Assembly: GCA_030390025.1 (NCBI GenBank)
Contig: CM059431.1
Span: forward strand, 155,064,001 to 155,128,000
DNA length: 64,000 bases
DNA from: Squalus acanthias
Taxonomy: Eukaryota
Reading direction: 5' to 3'
Below the pieces are notes generated by a model. The model was not told the origin of the DNA. It did no database searches and saw only the letters and a list, made by a program, of their open reading frames with translations. The position numbers and the translations under genes are program-made. This document shows, piece after piece, positions 62,251-64,000 of this stretch (the first letter of the stretch is position 1; each line of letters begins with the position of its first letter).

Positions 62251-64000
62251 TAGTACCTCCTCCCTCTCAATACTAATTTGTTCAAGTATATCACAATCTC
62301 CCTGCCTGATATCTATGCCTACACCGTCCTTCTCCATAGTGAACACAGATGCAGAATACGCATTGAAAACCTCACCTACATCTTCTGGCTCTACGCACAT
62401 ATTGCCACTTTGGTTGCTAAAGGGCCATTCCCTTTCCCTGGTTATCCTCTTGCCCTTAATATACTTATAAAACACCTTGGGATTTTACTTTATTTTGCCC
62501 ACCAGTGTTTTTTCATGCCCCCTCTTCGCTCTCATAATTTCTTTTTTAAGTACCCCCCTGCACTTTCTATACTCCTCTCGGGCTTCCACTGTTTTTAGTC
62601 CTTTGTATCTGCCAAAAGCCTACCTTCTTTTCTTGATCCATTCTTGTATATCCCTTGACATCCAGGGTTCCCTGGGTTTGTTGGTCCCTCCCTTGACCTT
62701 TACGGGAACATGTTTGAGTTGTATTCTCTCTTTTTTCTTTCTGAAAGACTCCCACTGCTCTGATGAGGCTTTACCTACTAGTAGCTGATCCCAGTCCACT
62801 TTGGCCAGATCCTGCCTTATCATATTGAAATCGGCCTTCCCCCAATTTAGAAACTTTATTTCCGGTCCATCTTTGTCCTTTTCCATGACTACCCTATATC
62901 TCAACGAATTATGATCACTGTAACCAAAATGCTCTCCTACTGACACTTCTACCACTTGCCCGGTTACATTCACTAAAATTAAGTCCCCCTCTCTTGTAGG
63001 ACTTTCTACATGCTGGCTCAAAAAGCTCTCCTGGATGCTCTTTAAGAATTCCGCACCTTCTAAGCAGTTCACACTCTGACTATCCCAGTTAATATTGGGG
63101 TATTTTAAATCCCCTACTATTATTACCATATTATTGCTACACTTCTCTGAGATTTTCCTACATATATGTTCCTCTATCTCCCCCTGACTTTTTCAGTCAT
63201 ATAGTATACTCGCAGGAAAGTGCTTGCCCCCTTTTTGTTTTTAAGTTCTACCTATATGGCCTCATTAGAGGAACCTGCTAAGATATCATCCTTCCTTACA
63301 GCAGTAATTGACTCCATGATTAATATTGCGATAACCCCTCCTCTTTTACACCCCCCTCTGTCTCGCCTGAAGATTCTATACACCGAAATATTGAGCTGCA
63401 AGTCCTGCCCCTCCCTCAACCATGTCTCTGTTATAGCAACAATATCATACTCCCATTTGTTCATCAACTCCTTCATTTCATTTCCCATACTCACAAGACT
63501 CCATGCATTAAAATCGATGCAATCCATACTCCCTTGTGCCGTTACATATTTGCTCTGCCTTCCAGGCTGAATTGTTTTTCCTCTATATTTGGTTGTGCAT
63601 CACCCCCTACTATAGATCCACTCCTTATCCCATCCTCCTGCCAAGTCATTTTAACCACCCCCCAAATTACTAGCAAACGATCTCGCAAGGATGTTGGTCC
63701 AGTTCCGGTTCAAAGCAACGCATCCGACTTGTACAGGTCCCACCTTCCCCAGAAGCAGACCCAGTGATTCACGAAACTAAAGCCCTCCCTCCTTCACCAA
63801 CTCTTTAGAAATGCATTTCTCAGCTCTATCCTCCTATTCCTATACTCACTCGAACGTGGCACCGGGAGTGAACCAGAGATTACAAACTTTGAGGTCTTGC
63901 TTTTTAATCTGCTACCTAGCTCCCTAAATTCTTGTTGCAGGACCTCATCCCTCATTCTACCAATGTCGTTGGTACCAATGTGAACCACGACCTATCACTG
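62251..64000 (-). mobile_element. CR1 LINE (ORF1 end and APE), running off the window
   Basis: VHIGTNDIG, ITETW, SDHN, FYKYIKGKR. Confidence 0.9.

Overview
Eukaryotic, intron-containing and very repeat-rich DNA. The repeat types (CR1, L2, RTE, Penelope, Deu-/V-SINE-like, PIF/Harbinger MITEs) and the NLR style point to a cartilaginous fish; this is inference. Two paralogous NACHT-LRR (NLR) immune genes face each other tail-to-tail: gene A on + (about 2.2-12.6 kb) and gene B on - (about 45.4-49.5 kb). Both carry inactivating lesions. Gene A is split inside its Walker A motif (GVAG|IGKT) by a ~2.67 kb composite insertion: an inverted CR1 3' tail joined head-to-head to a 5'-truncated Neptune-type Penelope element that ends in a minimal hammerhead ribozyme and AATAAA. 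Four more minimal hammerhead motifs occur in short Penelope-like elements, two of them in one TSD-flanked foldback. An intron of gene A holds a degraded non-repetitive antisense reading frame with a motif pattern reminiscent of a bornavirus-like nucleoprotein, abutting a CR1 3' end; this is unverified. The rest is nested CR1/L2/RTE LINEs (CR1s mostly on -), MITEs, a probable solo LTR, a decayed tRNA-Thr copy and a degenerate ~35 bp tandem array. All coordinates were read by eye, and repeat boundaries are approximate.
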